Under the pieces are notes generated by a model that made no database searches, had not been told where the DNA came from, and saw nothing but the letters and a program-made list of their open reading frames with translations. Shown here piece after piece: positions 1-7,639 of a stretch of DNA of 64,000 nucleotides (positions within the stretch are counted from its first letter, which is position 1; each line of letters starts with the position of its first letter). The translations under genes were made by a program, and so were the position numbers. Origin of the DNA: a virus. The stretch lies in IMG/VR virus record IMGVR_UViG_3300024258_000005. One strand, given 5' to 3'.

Positions 1-63
1 GCACCTGCTGCTCCTGTTGCACCTGCTGCTCCTGCTGCTCCTGCTGCTCCTGTTGCACCATAA
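1..63 (+). CDS. 3' end of a gene with a Pro/Ala-rich low-complexity C-terminus (partial)
   Basis: Frame 1 reads APAAPVAPAAPAAPAAPVAP-stop (TAA 61-63), built from 9-bp GCWCCTGYT-like repeats; a hairpin follows. Confidence 0.75.
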   Translation, partial: APAAPVAPAAPAAPAAPVAP

Positions 64-65
64 TT

Positions 66-87
66 ATTAGAAACTTCGGTTTCTAAT
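66..87 (+). terminator. Hairpin with C(UUCG)G tetraloop
   Basis: ATTAGAAAC-TTCG-GTTTCTAAT, 9-bp perfect stem just after the stop codon. Confidence 0.65.
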
Positions 88-89
88 TC

Positions 90-560
90 ATGTATTATAA
101 TTATATTTTTCTTGATTTAAGAAAACCTGGTAAATATCAATTTGATAATTTAAATTTTAGTTTACTATTTGAACCATTTTATGTTGGAAAAGGTACAAAG
201 GAAAGATGGAAACATCATAAATATAATAAAAATATATCACATAAAGATAAATTAATAAATTTATTATTATGTGATTATGAATTAAAAGAATTGGTTATTT
301 TATTTAATTATAATAAATTAAGTAAAATAACAGAAGATAAAGAAATTTTACTTATATCTGATATGGGTAGATTATTCAACAATTCTGGAATACTTACAAA
401 TATTTTACCGGGTGGGGAAGGAATGTCTTCACAATATATGATTGATAATAATCCAATGATAAATATATCACATGATGAGCATTCAAAGAAAATAAAAGAA
501 GCTCAATGGTCAGGTGATATAGGAAAAAAAGAAAAAAAGAATTATCAAAAAAAGTTTTAG
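90..560 (+). CDS. GIY-YIG-like (LEM-3/Seg-type) homing endonuclease; continues in the -1 frame to 793
   Basis: YNYIF...EPFYVGKG...RW.HH and LTNILPGGEG motifs; the -1 frame gives VLGSNNPSAKRYKIIFPNG..., a NUMOD-like DNA-binding tail. Confidence 0.7.
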   Translation: MYYNYIFLDLRKPGKYQFDNLNFSLLFEPFYVGKGTKERWKHHKYNKNISHKDKLINLLLCDYELKELVILFNYNKLSKITEDKEILLISDMGRLFNNSGILTNILPGGEGMSSQYMIDNNPMINISHDEHSKKIKEAQWSGDIGKKEKKNYQKKF

Positions 561-785
561 GAAGTAATAATCCTTCAGCTAAAAGGTATAAAATAATATT
601 TCCAAATGGAGATATTAATGAAATAAAAGGTTTAAAAAATTATTGCCGAGATAATAATTTTTCTTATTCATTACTTAGAAAATGGATAAATAAAGGAAAA
701 ATAACAAAATCAACGGATAAAGATAATAGTTTTGAAATCTTTGAATCAAAAAGAAAATTAAAAAATTTTGAAATATTGGAGTTAT

Positions 786-1361
786 ATGGCTAAATGGATA
801 ATTGATAAAATTGTAGGCGAGTTTGACTATGGTCACAATGTTTGGGTTCAGCATCTTGATGAAGTATTAAGTTGTGGTTCAAAACCAAAATGTTTACATA
901 GACATGGTCACAGAGGAAAGGTGGTTGCTTATTTAACAGCTGGCGAATTAACAGCTGCTTCAAAAAATATGGTTATTGATTTTAATGATATGAAAATTAT
1001 GACTAAGTTTATAGATGATACATTAGATCATAAATATTTAATTGATATTTCAGATCCTGCTAATTATGATACATTTCATCACTTTTGGGATCCTGATAAT
1101 AATAGTTTTAAAGATGATATTCTAGAACTTAAAGAAGAAGGACATTGGATTATAAAAGAAGAATTATATAATAATATGCCTCAATCTATGATTGATAAAT
1201 ATAGTTCATATGTTATTTTACCTTTTGTTCCTACATCAGAAAATCTTTCAAAATGGATGTATGATATAATGACTTCTAAAATGGCTGATACTGGAGTAAA
1301 AGTTCATAAAATTGAATGGTATGAAACACCGAAATCTCGAGCAACATTTTACGGTGACTAA
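786..1361 (+). CDS. queD: 6-carboxy-5,6,7,8-tetrahydropterin synthase (QueD/PTPS family)
   Basis: FDYGH, CLHRHGH, DHKYL, PTSENL and WYETPKSRA motifs; start moved to ATG 786, which has GGAG upstream (track used TTG 768). Confidence 0.9.
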   Translation: MAKWIIDKIVGEFDYGHNVWVQHLDEVLSCGSKPKCLHRHGHRGKVVAYLTAGELTAASKNMVIDFNDMKIMTKFIDDTLDHKYLIDISDPANYDTFHHFWDPDNNSFKDDILELKEEGHWIIKEELYNNMPQSMIDKYSSYVILPFVPTSENLSKWMYDIMTSKMADTGVKVHKIEWYETPKSRATFYGD

Positions 1362-1370
1362 AAAGTAGAA

Positions 1371-1400
1371 GCTTAATTATCATTATAGGGATAATTAAGC
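1371..1400. terminator. Inverted repeat after queD
   Basis: GCTTAATTATC-(8 nt)-GATAATTAAGC, 11-bp stem. Confidence 0.5.
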
Positions 1401-1413
1401 ATATAAACCGCAT

Positions 1414-1439
1414 ATAACTACTCGTATACGAGTAGTTAT
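1414..1439 (+). terminator. 26-bp perfect palindrome followed by a T-rich tract
   Basis: ATAACTACTCGTA|TACGAGTAGTTAT then TCTTGTCTTT. Confidence 0.6.
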
Positions 1440-1508
1440 TCTTGTCTTTGATTTCATATAAGCTTATGGATTAAAAGACGTTATTTCTATGTTAAAAGGA
1501 GTTCTTAG

Positions 1509-1760
1509 ATGAAGCATAAAGGTTTCAATACAGAAATTTCAATCGGGAAACAACAATTTAGATTCATTGAAAATGATTCCGAATATGTTGTGGGCATAGT
1601 AAAAACTGGATATGTATTAATTCAATTCACAGATGGTGTTGAAGTTGATAGACATACAAAGATGCACTTAGACAAATTAAATAAACTGATGCCTGATAAT
1701 TTTCAATTATCAAAAGATCAAATTATTTATATATTAACAGCTGATCACGATACTGATTAG
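1509..1760 (+). CDS. Hypothetical protein
   Basis: 83-aa ORF, AAGGAG upstream, coding-like composition. Confidence 0.7.
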   Translation: MKHKGFNTEISIGKQQFRFIENDSEYVVGIVKTGYVLIQFTDGVEVDRHTKMHLDKLNKLMPDNFQLSKDQIIYILTADHDTD

Positions 1761-1786
1761 TTTGTTTAAATTAAAAGCATATTATT

Positions 1787-2143
1787 ATGCAAAATTTTAA
1801 AAGGAAAAAAATGAGACAAAAGTTAATATTAAAGTTTGATGTAAAAGAATCTAATTTACGTTTAGATTTATACAAAGTTGAGTCTATTCGTGTTTCGGGT
1901 AGATGCAAAGTGGTATTTAAAGAAGATGCGAGTAAAGGTAGTTTATATCATATAATTAATGATTTAATTATGCAGATGGATAGTGAATTTGAAGTTGGTT
2001 TTAAAAAGAATAATTTAAAATCTATTAAGGCTTGGATTGTTTCAAATATATTCAAGATCTATATCCGTAAAGATGTACCGTCTGATATTTCAGAAGCAAT
2101 CATTAAACTTATTAGTGACAAATGTATAATTATTAGAGATTAA
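1787..2143 (+). CDS. Hypothetical protein
   Basis: 118-aa ORF in operon with downstream genes; start may be the internal ATG after AAGGA. Confidence 0.65.
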   Translation: MQNFKRKKMRQKLILKFDVKESNLRLDLYKVESIRVSGRCKVVFKEDASKGSLYHIINDLIMQMDSEFEVGFKKNNLKSIKAWIVSNIFKIYIRKDVPSDISEAIIKLISDKCIIIRD

Positions 2144-2144
2144 T

Positions 2145-2585
2145 ATGTATTTTAATGATGTAAAAGTTGATGATGAAATATATTCTATTATATATGGTAA
2201 AGGTGTTGTAACTTCAGTGTTACCAAAAAAGAAGAGAATTTCAGGATTCTATATGATGCAAGTTCAATATAAAAAACAAACAGTTCATTATACAGAAGAC
2301 GGTATTCCAAATTGGTGTCCACTTGCGGGTTGTTCTCAAACAGCGTTCTATGTTGAACACATAGACTTATCAAAAGAAGATTTTTCTCCAATAACTAAAA
2401 TATTATCATATGATAAAATTTTAAAATTGATAGATAAAGATCAATTAGAGATGAGATGCCCTTCTGGTTTATGGAGAGATGTTGCGGAATGTCCTTCTAT
2501 TTTAGTTCAGAAGAATATTAAAAAATCAAAACTTCATTTATTTAAAAAACTTGAATATACTGGTAATGATAGACGCAAGGATTAA
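2145..2585 (+). CDS. Hypothetical protein (SH3-like KVDD...GKGVV N-terminus)
   Basis: 146-aa ORF closely packed between neighbours. Confidence 0.7.
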   Translation: MYFNDVKVDDEIYSIIYGKGVVTSVLPKKKRISGFYMMQVQYKKQTVHYTEDGIPNWCPLAGCSQTAFYVEHIDLSKEDFSPITKILSYDKILKLIDKDQLEMRCPSGLWRDVAECPSILVQKNIKKSKLHLFKKLEYTGNDRRKD

Positions 2586-2587
2586 AC

Positions 2588-3838
2588 ATGAAAGAATATA
2601 AAATAAAAGATATAAAAGATTTAGCTGCTCATTTAAAAACAATGGGCGCTTATGTTCAACAACCTAATCCACAAATTGTTGGTTTATCTAATACACAAGT
2701 AGTAGGTTCACAAGATGCCAAATCTTTATATCCAACGATAATGGTTCTTTTAAATATTGGATATGATACTCTTCGTGGAAGAATTTATGATTATGCAATC
2801 GTTGGCAAAGTACTTGAAATGTTTGATACTATCTTTGAAATGAGAGGTACATCAGAACAAGATATCATTGAAATTGGACTTAATAATTTTAAATCTGCTT
2901 TTAGAAATCTTGCTCGTGATTATACAACTCGTGAAAAGCTTAAAAACTCTAAAGCAGAATTCATAGAATTTACAACTGATTTTTATGGTGAATGTTTTAG
3001 AAAGATAGTTAATTATCAAGGAGCACTTGATGATATTTATACACCAAAAACTGATGAACAATACTATTTATTGAAGAGTGCATTGTATCCTTTATTAGAA
3101 GCGATGACATGGATACATCAAAAAAATAAAGGTTATAGTTCAATTGTAATCGATCATGTATTTTATAATGATGGTTTTAATGAGAAATATCAAGATAAGA
3201 AATTTGTAATCTTTAATGAAATTAATTCATCTAAGACACATGTTAAGATTTTAAATCTTGATCAATTTCATGATCAAATTTCATCAAAGTATATTTTAAA
3301 TCCATATGGCACATATTTTGATAAACATGATAATAATAAATCTTTCGAAGTTGATTTAATTTTGAAAGGTATGTCTGATCGTGGTTATGTAAAAAATCAG
3401 ATGCTTATAATTGAAGCGATTGTTGAAAACTGGGGAAAACTTTCTCAAGCTCAACAGATTGCTTTTGTTTTAGATGGTCAACATTTAGATCCGACAATAG
3501 CAGAACAAGTAGTAGACCTAGTTGGTGATTCAGATCCAGGTACAAAAGCTTGGCAATTGAAAAATCTAAAAGGTATTAAATTTGATACTATTGTAACAGA
3601 AGAGAAGTTAAATTCTCGATTAGGATTAGCTGCATCGCAGAGAAATTCTAAAAGTAACGGTATTAAGGTAACACTTAACTCCGGTTATGGTATTTATGGT
3701 ATGGCTACGTGGAACTATGGTAATAATTTAATTGCCAATAGCATTACATCAGGTGGTAAAATTTATGGAATTAAATTATTCCAGCAAATTGCATCTAATA
3801 AACTTAGAGTTGAAAGAGATAAAATAAAAGGACAGTAA
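2588..3838 (+). CDS. Family-B DNA polymerase fragment (motifs A and B only; split polymerase)
   Basis: GAYV..P, motif A QDAKSLYPTIM, motif B KVTLNSGYGIYG, ANSITSGG; ends before any DTDS motif C and has no exonuclease domain. Confidence 0.85.
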   Translation: MKEYKIKDIKDLAAHLKTMGAYVQQPNPQIVGLSNTQVVGSQDAKSLYPTIMVLLNIGYDTLRGRIYDYAIVGKVLEMFDTIFEMRGTSEQDIIEIGLNNFKSAFRNLARDYTTREKLKNSKAEFIEFTTDFYGECFRKIVNYQGALDDIYTPKTDEQYYLLKSALYPLLEAMTWIHQKNKGYSSIVIDHVFYNDGFNEKYQDKKFVIFNEINSSKTHVKILNLDQFHDQISSKYILNPYGTYFDKHDNNKSFEVDLILKGMSDRGYVKNQMLIIEAIVENWGKLSQAQQIAFVLDGQHLDPTIAEQVVDLVGDSDPGTKAWQLKNLKGIKFDTIVTEEKLNSRLGLAASQRNSKSNGIKVTLNSGYGIYGMATWNYGNNLIANSITSGGKIYGIKLFQQIASNKLRVERDKIKGQ

Positions 3839-4009
3839 ATGTATGATTATGAGTTAGATGAACATATAGAATTAATGATACGTGACCAAATCGATAAGAC
3901 TTGTAAAAATAAGCATAAAATATTAAGTGAAGAATTTATCGCAACGATAATAGATTCACTTAATGAGGCATATAACATTGAAATGGAATACTTAATGGAC
4001 CAACGATAA
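3839..4009 (+). CDS. Small acidic hypothetical protein (56 aa, not in ORF track)
   Basis: ATG directly after the polB stop; its TAA overlaps the next ATG (TAATG). Confidence 0.55.
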   Translation: MYDYELDEHIELMIRDQIDKTCKNKHKILSEEFIATIIDSLNEAYNIEMEYLMDQR

Positions 4010-4086
4010 TGTGGTTATGTAGAAAATGTTATACTATGAACTTATCTCAAGCTAAAGAGTGTATTGTTTGTAGAAGAGAGAAGTAG
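4009..4086 (+). CDS. 25-aa stand-alone RanBP2-type zinc finger
   Basis: MWLCRKCYTMNLSQAKECIVCRREK matches W-x-C-x2-C-x3-N-x6-C-x2-C; TAATG coupling to the upstream ORF. Confidence 0.6.
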   Translation: MWLCRKCYTMNLSQAKECIVCRREK

Positions 4087-4193
4087 TGGACACTAATTGG
4101 GATCTTTTAAAAGAAGATATTGAAAAATATGGAATTAGACATATACATGTTTTAACGGAGCCTCCCTTAGAGGCTCATTCTAGAGTGGTGTGA
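4086..4193 (+). pseudogene. Short ORF resembling a relic of an nrdA C-terminal segment
   Basis: GTG start; NWDLLKEDIEKYGIRH resembles DWPWLREQILKYGMRH in this window's NrdA. Confidence 0.4.
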
Positions 4194-4250
4194 GTGGTGT
4201 CAACCCTGACCTGGCAAAAACAATATATTATAAAACACAAAGGAAAGTAA

Positions 4251-4478
4251 ATGAGTAAATTAGAAGAGTATCAAACAAAAAAAGTAGCACTTACCTCTGA
4301 ATTAGAGCAAGTGAATCGAGACTGTATTTTAACAGAGCAATCTGTTAAACAACAAGAAGAGTTATTTATGCAGCAGTTTCAAACAACTGATATATCTGAG
4401 CTTCAAAAAATTGCGACTCAATATCAAGATGCTATTGTTGCAAAAGAAGCTGAATTAGCTGCGTTAGAACAGGCTTAA
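4251..4478 (+). CDS. Small coiled-coil protein
   Basis: 75 aa, AAGGAAA RBS, Q/E/L-rich heptads. Confidence 0.75.
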   Translation: MSKLEEYQTKKVALTSELEQVNRDCILTEQSVKQQEELFMQQFQTTDISELQKIATQYQDAIVAKEAELAALEQA

Positions 4479-4522
4479 TTATAAAGTTGGAGATACGAGT
4501 ACTTCGAGTGTAAAGGATAAAT

Positions 4523-4651
4523 ATGAAATTCAAGATACTAAAACACAAGTTAGATAAGTGGTATATAACACACGAAAAGGAAGTTATATATGGAATGCTA
4601 CTAGTTGTAGTTATAGCGGTATGTAGTTTAAACTACATAACTAAAGGATAG
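4523..4651 (+). CDS. Small membrane peptide (42 aa)
   Basis: AAAGGATAA RBS; hydrophobic stretch VIYGMLLVVVIAVCSL. Confidence 0.55.
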   Translation: MKFKILKHKLDKWYITHEKEVIYGMLLVVVIAVCSLNYITKG

Positions 4652-4654
4652 GTG

Positions 4655-4783
4655 ATGACTAATCTTATAGCTGATGGGTTCATAGATAGTCTTAGAACTA
4701 AGTGTCTAGTAGAATCAGTATCTAACATTGATATTATTGAATTAGATTCACTAGCTATAGAAATTATTAGTGGAGATATGTAA
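4655..4783 (+). CDS. Small hypothetical protein (42 aa)
   Basis: AAAGGATA RBS; TAATG coupling to the next gene. Confidence 0.5.
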   Translation: MTNLIADGFIDSLRTKCLVESVSNIDIIELDSLAIEIISGDM

Positions 4784-5007
4784 TGAGCAAGAGAAATGAT
4801 GAAGAAATGGCTGAGTTTAGACAGGAAATGTTAGGTGATGCTAGAGCTGATGAATTGCATGAGATTAAACTACATGGTGATTATGACTATGCTTTAGAGC
4901 AACATGAAGATGATATACAAGATGCTATAGATATACTTCATATGGTAACAGTAAAGCTTGCATCATATGGTTGGGAAGTAACGATTAAAGACCTTGTAGA
5001 TGTCTAA
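4783..5007 (+). CDS. Hypothetical acidic protein
   Basis: 74-aa ORF with overlapping start/stop codons. Confidence 0.65.
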   Translation: MSKRNDEEMAEFRQEMLGDARADELHEIKLHGDYDYALEQHEDDIQDAIDILHMVTVKLASYGWEVTIKDLVDV

Positions 5008-5089
5008 ACAAGATATGCTTACTTATATAGCATGGGTAGTAGTTTTAGCTGTAATAGCTATTGGAGCATTGATAATAACGAAAGGGTAG
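5000..5089 (+). CDS. Small membrane peptide (29 aa)
   Basis: MSKQDMLTYIAWVVVLAVIAIGALIITKG, one TM helix, overlaps the upstream stop. Confidence 0.5.
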   Translation: MSKQDMLTYIAWVVVLAVIAIGALIITKG

Positions 5090-5136
5090 AGATACCTAGT
5101 GTAAGAGTAAGAACTTGTGTCATAAAGGAGATATAT

Positions 5137-5373
5137 ATGAAACTAGAATTAGATGAGATACAGTTTATGAAGATTGCTATAAATAATTCAGACCCGTTCT
5201 GTTCAGTAAAAGAAGCTAAGTCCAGAGTATATAGAACATCACAAAGTATAGCTGACTTAGGAAAACAGCTAGTTTTAGATAAGAAGCACTTAGCACAACT
5301 AGAAGCTAGGGACAATATGGTCGAGAAGCTTAAAGACAAGCTGTCAGTAGAGTTAGAAAAAAATGAAACATGA
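5137..5373 (+). CDS. Hypothetical protein
   Basis: Start moved to ATG 5137 after AAGGAG (track start 5032). Confidence 0.6.
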   Translation: MKLELDEIQFMKIAINNSDPFCSVKEAKSRVYRTSQSIADLGKQLVLDKKHLAQLEARDNMVEKLKDKLSVELEKNET

Positions 5374-5401
5374 TATAGCAATATGTGTAACTAAAGGATA
5401 A

Positions 5402-5599
5402 ATGATGAATAAGAATAAAATAATTAATGAGTTAGAAGCTAAACTAAACATAGCAAACAACACTGTACATAGACAAATGAACCATATTGAGATGTTAAAT
5501 AAGCAACTAGACCAGCAAGACAAAGCTATAGAACGAAAAGATAGACAGTTCTTGGGTCTTAGGTGTGCATACCAAGATGAGATAATAAACAAAGGATAA
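5402..5599 (+). CDS. Hypothetical coiled-coil protein
   Basis: 65 aa, AAAGGATAA RBS. Confidence 0.6.
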   Translation: MMNKNKIINELEAKLNIANNTVHRQMNHIEMLNKQLDQQDKAIERKDRQFLGLRCAYQDEIINKG

Positions 5600-5602
5600 G
5601 TA

Positions 5603-5926
5603 ATGTATGACCATAGTAAATATATATTAGATAACATAAAAGTAGATGAATCAAAGCTTAAAGTGGGTGATTGGGTAAGAGATAACAAGAATAAATCCTG
5701 TCATATCTTTTGTATGGATGAACTATCTATTAATCATAAAGTAGATGACTTTGACACTAGGTTTAAACTATGGAAACCAACAGAAGGTGAGATGGTTTTC
5801 TATGAGATAAGTGAAACAGAGTTTACACTATTAGTATATACACCAGATGAGTGGCTGCAAGAGTTTGTATCTAAGACTAAGTTCTACCCGCTAGAATTTG
5901 CTATGACATTAAAGGATAAACAATGA
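5603..5926 (+). CDS. Hypothetical protein
   Basis: 107 aa, AAAGGATAA RBS, KLKVGDWVR and LWKP motifs. Confidence 0.65.
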   Translation: MYDHSKYILDNIKVDESKLKVGDWVRDNKNKSCHIFCMDELSINHKVDDFDTRFKLWKPTEGEMVFYEISETEFTLLVYTPDEWLQEFVSKTKFYPLEFAMTLKDKQ

Positions 5927-6282
5927 ATGAAATAACAATAGATGGAATAACATACGATATGGTAAAGAGAGATAGGCACCCTTGGCGAATGCCAAACATA
6001 AAAGAGCTACTAAGTGCAGTAGACTATGAGAAATGTGACCCTGCTACAAGTATGGAAGGATTTACTTCTAGGTTTTATTGGTCTTCTTCATCAAATGTTT
6101 CGGATTATAAGTATGCTTGGGGTGTAAACTTTAAGTATGGCTATTCCAGCTACTACCATAAGGCAAATGAGAATTATGTCTGGTGTGTTAGAACAGATGA
6201 AAATGGTACTCTTGTTTGGGGTAAATCAAGTGATTACCTAATGACTTGGGAAGATGCTCAAGAATGGTGTAAAAAACAATAA
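5923..6282 (+). CDS. Lcl C-terminal/DUF1566 (C-type-lectin-like) domain protein, circularly permuted
   Basis: WRMPNIKEL, YWSSS, AWGVNF..G and VWCVR, followed by GTLVW...MTWEDAQEWC, which is normally N-terminal. Confidence 0.75.
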   Translation: MNEITIDGITYDMVKRDRHPWRMPNIKELLSAVDYEKCDPATSMEGFTSRFYWSSSSNVSDYKYAWGVNFKYGYSSYYHKANENYVWCVRTDENGTLVWGKSSDYLMTWEDAQEWCKKQ

Positions 6283-6373
6283 ACAAAAGGTAAGTAATGC
6301 ATAAACAAGATTTCTGGAAGATTATAAGATGAGTCATGGTCATTGTATCATGAGCAAATACTAAGGAGCAGAA

Positions 6374-7639
6374 ATGAAAAAGATGCTAATCTTTGTCGAT
6401 GCAAAAGGCAATAAAAATAAGTTCTATCAATTAGAAATGATTGGTGATACTGTTGAAGTTGAATATGGCCGAGTTGGTAGTAATCCACAAAAACGATCAT
6501 ATTCTGGTGGTGAACGTACATTCAATAAAAAAATGAATGAGAAACTTAAAAAGGGTTATACCGAAAGTAAAGTTAACTTAGAAGTTATTGAAGAGATTAC
6601 TGGAAGTAAAGGAAATATGTTAGATATTGCTATGGAGCAAATAACAACAGATGATATTTCTAAATTACTTATAGCTGAATTAGTAAAACAAAATATTCAC
6701 AATATTACAAGTAATACAAAAATTAAATATGATATTGATACTGGTTATTTTAAAACAGCTCTTGGAATCATTACCCAAGAAGGTGTTGAAGAGGCGATTG
6801 AATTATTAACCGAAATTGAAACTTTTCAAGACAAAATGGGTAAACATTCAGATGCTGAGTACGATAAGTTTGTAAAACTTAATGAAAAGTATTTCAGTAT
6901 AATTCCAACAAAAATTCAAAATCTTAGAGATTATAAAAACTTACTTATTACAAATGAGAAAGTGGAATCTCAGATGGATATTTGTACCGCTCTTTTAAAT
7001 TCTTTGGATATTATTGAAGATGAGAAAGCTAAGATTAAAGCTAAAGATTCAGGAGAAACCATTATTTATGAGAAAGTATTTGAAGCAAGTGTTTTACATT
7101 TAACAGATAAAGTTGAATATAAAAGATTAGAAGATTATTTTCATGATTCTAAAAATAGAAGACATGGACATGGATCTTATAAGATTAGTAATATTTTTAG
7201 AATAAGTCTTGGAGAAGAAGAAAAAAATTATAGAAATGATCTTGATAATCAAGAAGAACTTTTTCATGGTACGAAGGTTTCTAATCTTTTAAGTATTCTT
7301 AAAAGTGGTTTACTGATGCCTAAATATTCCCCTGGTCAATCAACAGGTTATATGTTTGGTCAAGGTTTATACTTTGCTAGTCAAAGTACCAAAAGCTTAA
7401 ATTATTGTGATGGTATGTATTGGAATAATTCTAAATCACAAGATAAGATTTATATGTTTGTTGCTGATATTGCAATGGGTAATTATCAAGTACCAAGTTC
7501 AAGTCGAAGTAGAAAACCTGATGCAGGTTATGATTCATATTGGGCAAAACCTGGTAAATCCGGTATATCAAACGATGAAATGATTATTTTTGAAAACAAT
7601 CAAATTAAATTAAAGTATATTTTAGAGATTACAAAATGA
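6374..7639 (+). CDS. Poly(ADP-ribose) polymerase-like protein: WGR + helical/regulatory + PARP catalytic domain
   Basis: NKFYQL...YGRVG...KLKKGY (WGR); LFHGT, GYMFGQGLYFA, KSLNY and NDEMIIF give the H-Y-E triad. Confidence 0.9.
   Translation: MKKMLIFVDAKGNKNKFYQLEMIGDTVEVEYGRVGSNPQKRSYSGGERTFNKKMNEKLKKGYTESKVNLEVIEEITGSKGNMLDIAMEQITTDDISKLLIAELVKQNIHNITSNTKIKYDIDTGYFKTALGIITQEGVEEAIELLTEIETFQDKMGKHSDAEYDKFVKLNEKYFSIIPTKIQNLRDYKNLLITNEKVESQMDICTALLNSLDIIEDEKAKIKAKDSGETIIYEKVFEASVLHLTDKVEYKRLEDYFHDSKNRRHGHGSYKISNIFRISLGEEEKNYRNDLDNQEELFHGTKVSNLLSILKSGLLMPKYSPGQSTGYMFGQGLYFASQSTKSLNYCDGMYWNNSKSQDKIYMFVADIAMGNYQVPSSSRSRKPDAGYDSYWAKPGKSGISNDEMIIFENNQIKLKYILEITK

Noticed and set aside
1371-1439. 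preQ1 riboswitch associated with queD
   Set aside because: The structures are downstream of the gene and lack the preQ1-I P1/loop/A-rich tail pattern
5923-6282. Complete diversity-generating retroelement
   Set aside because: No reverse transcriptase, accessory gene or template repeat is visible in this window
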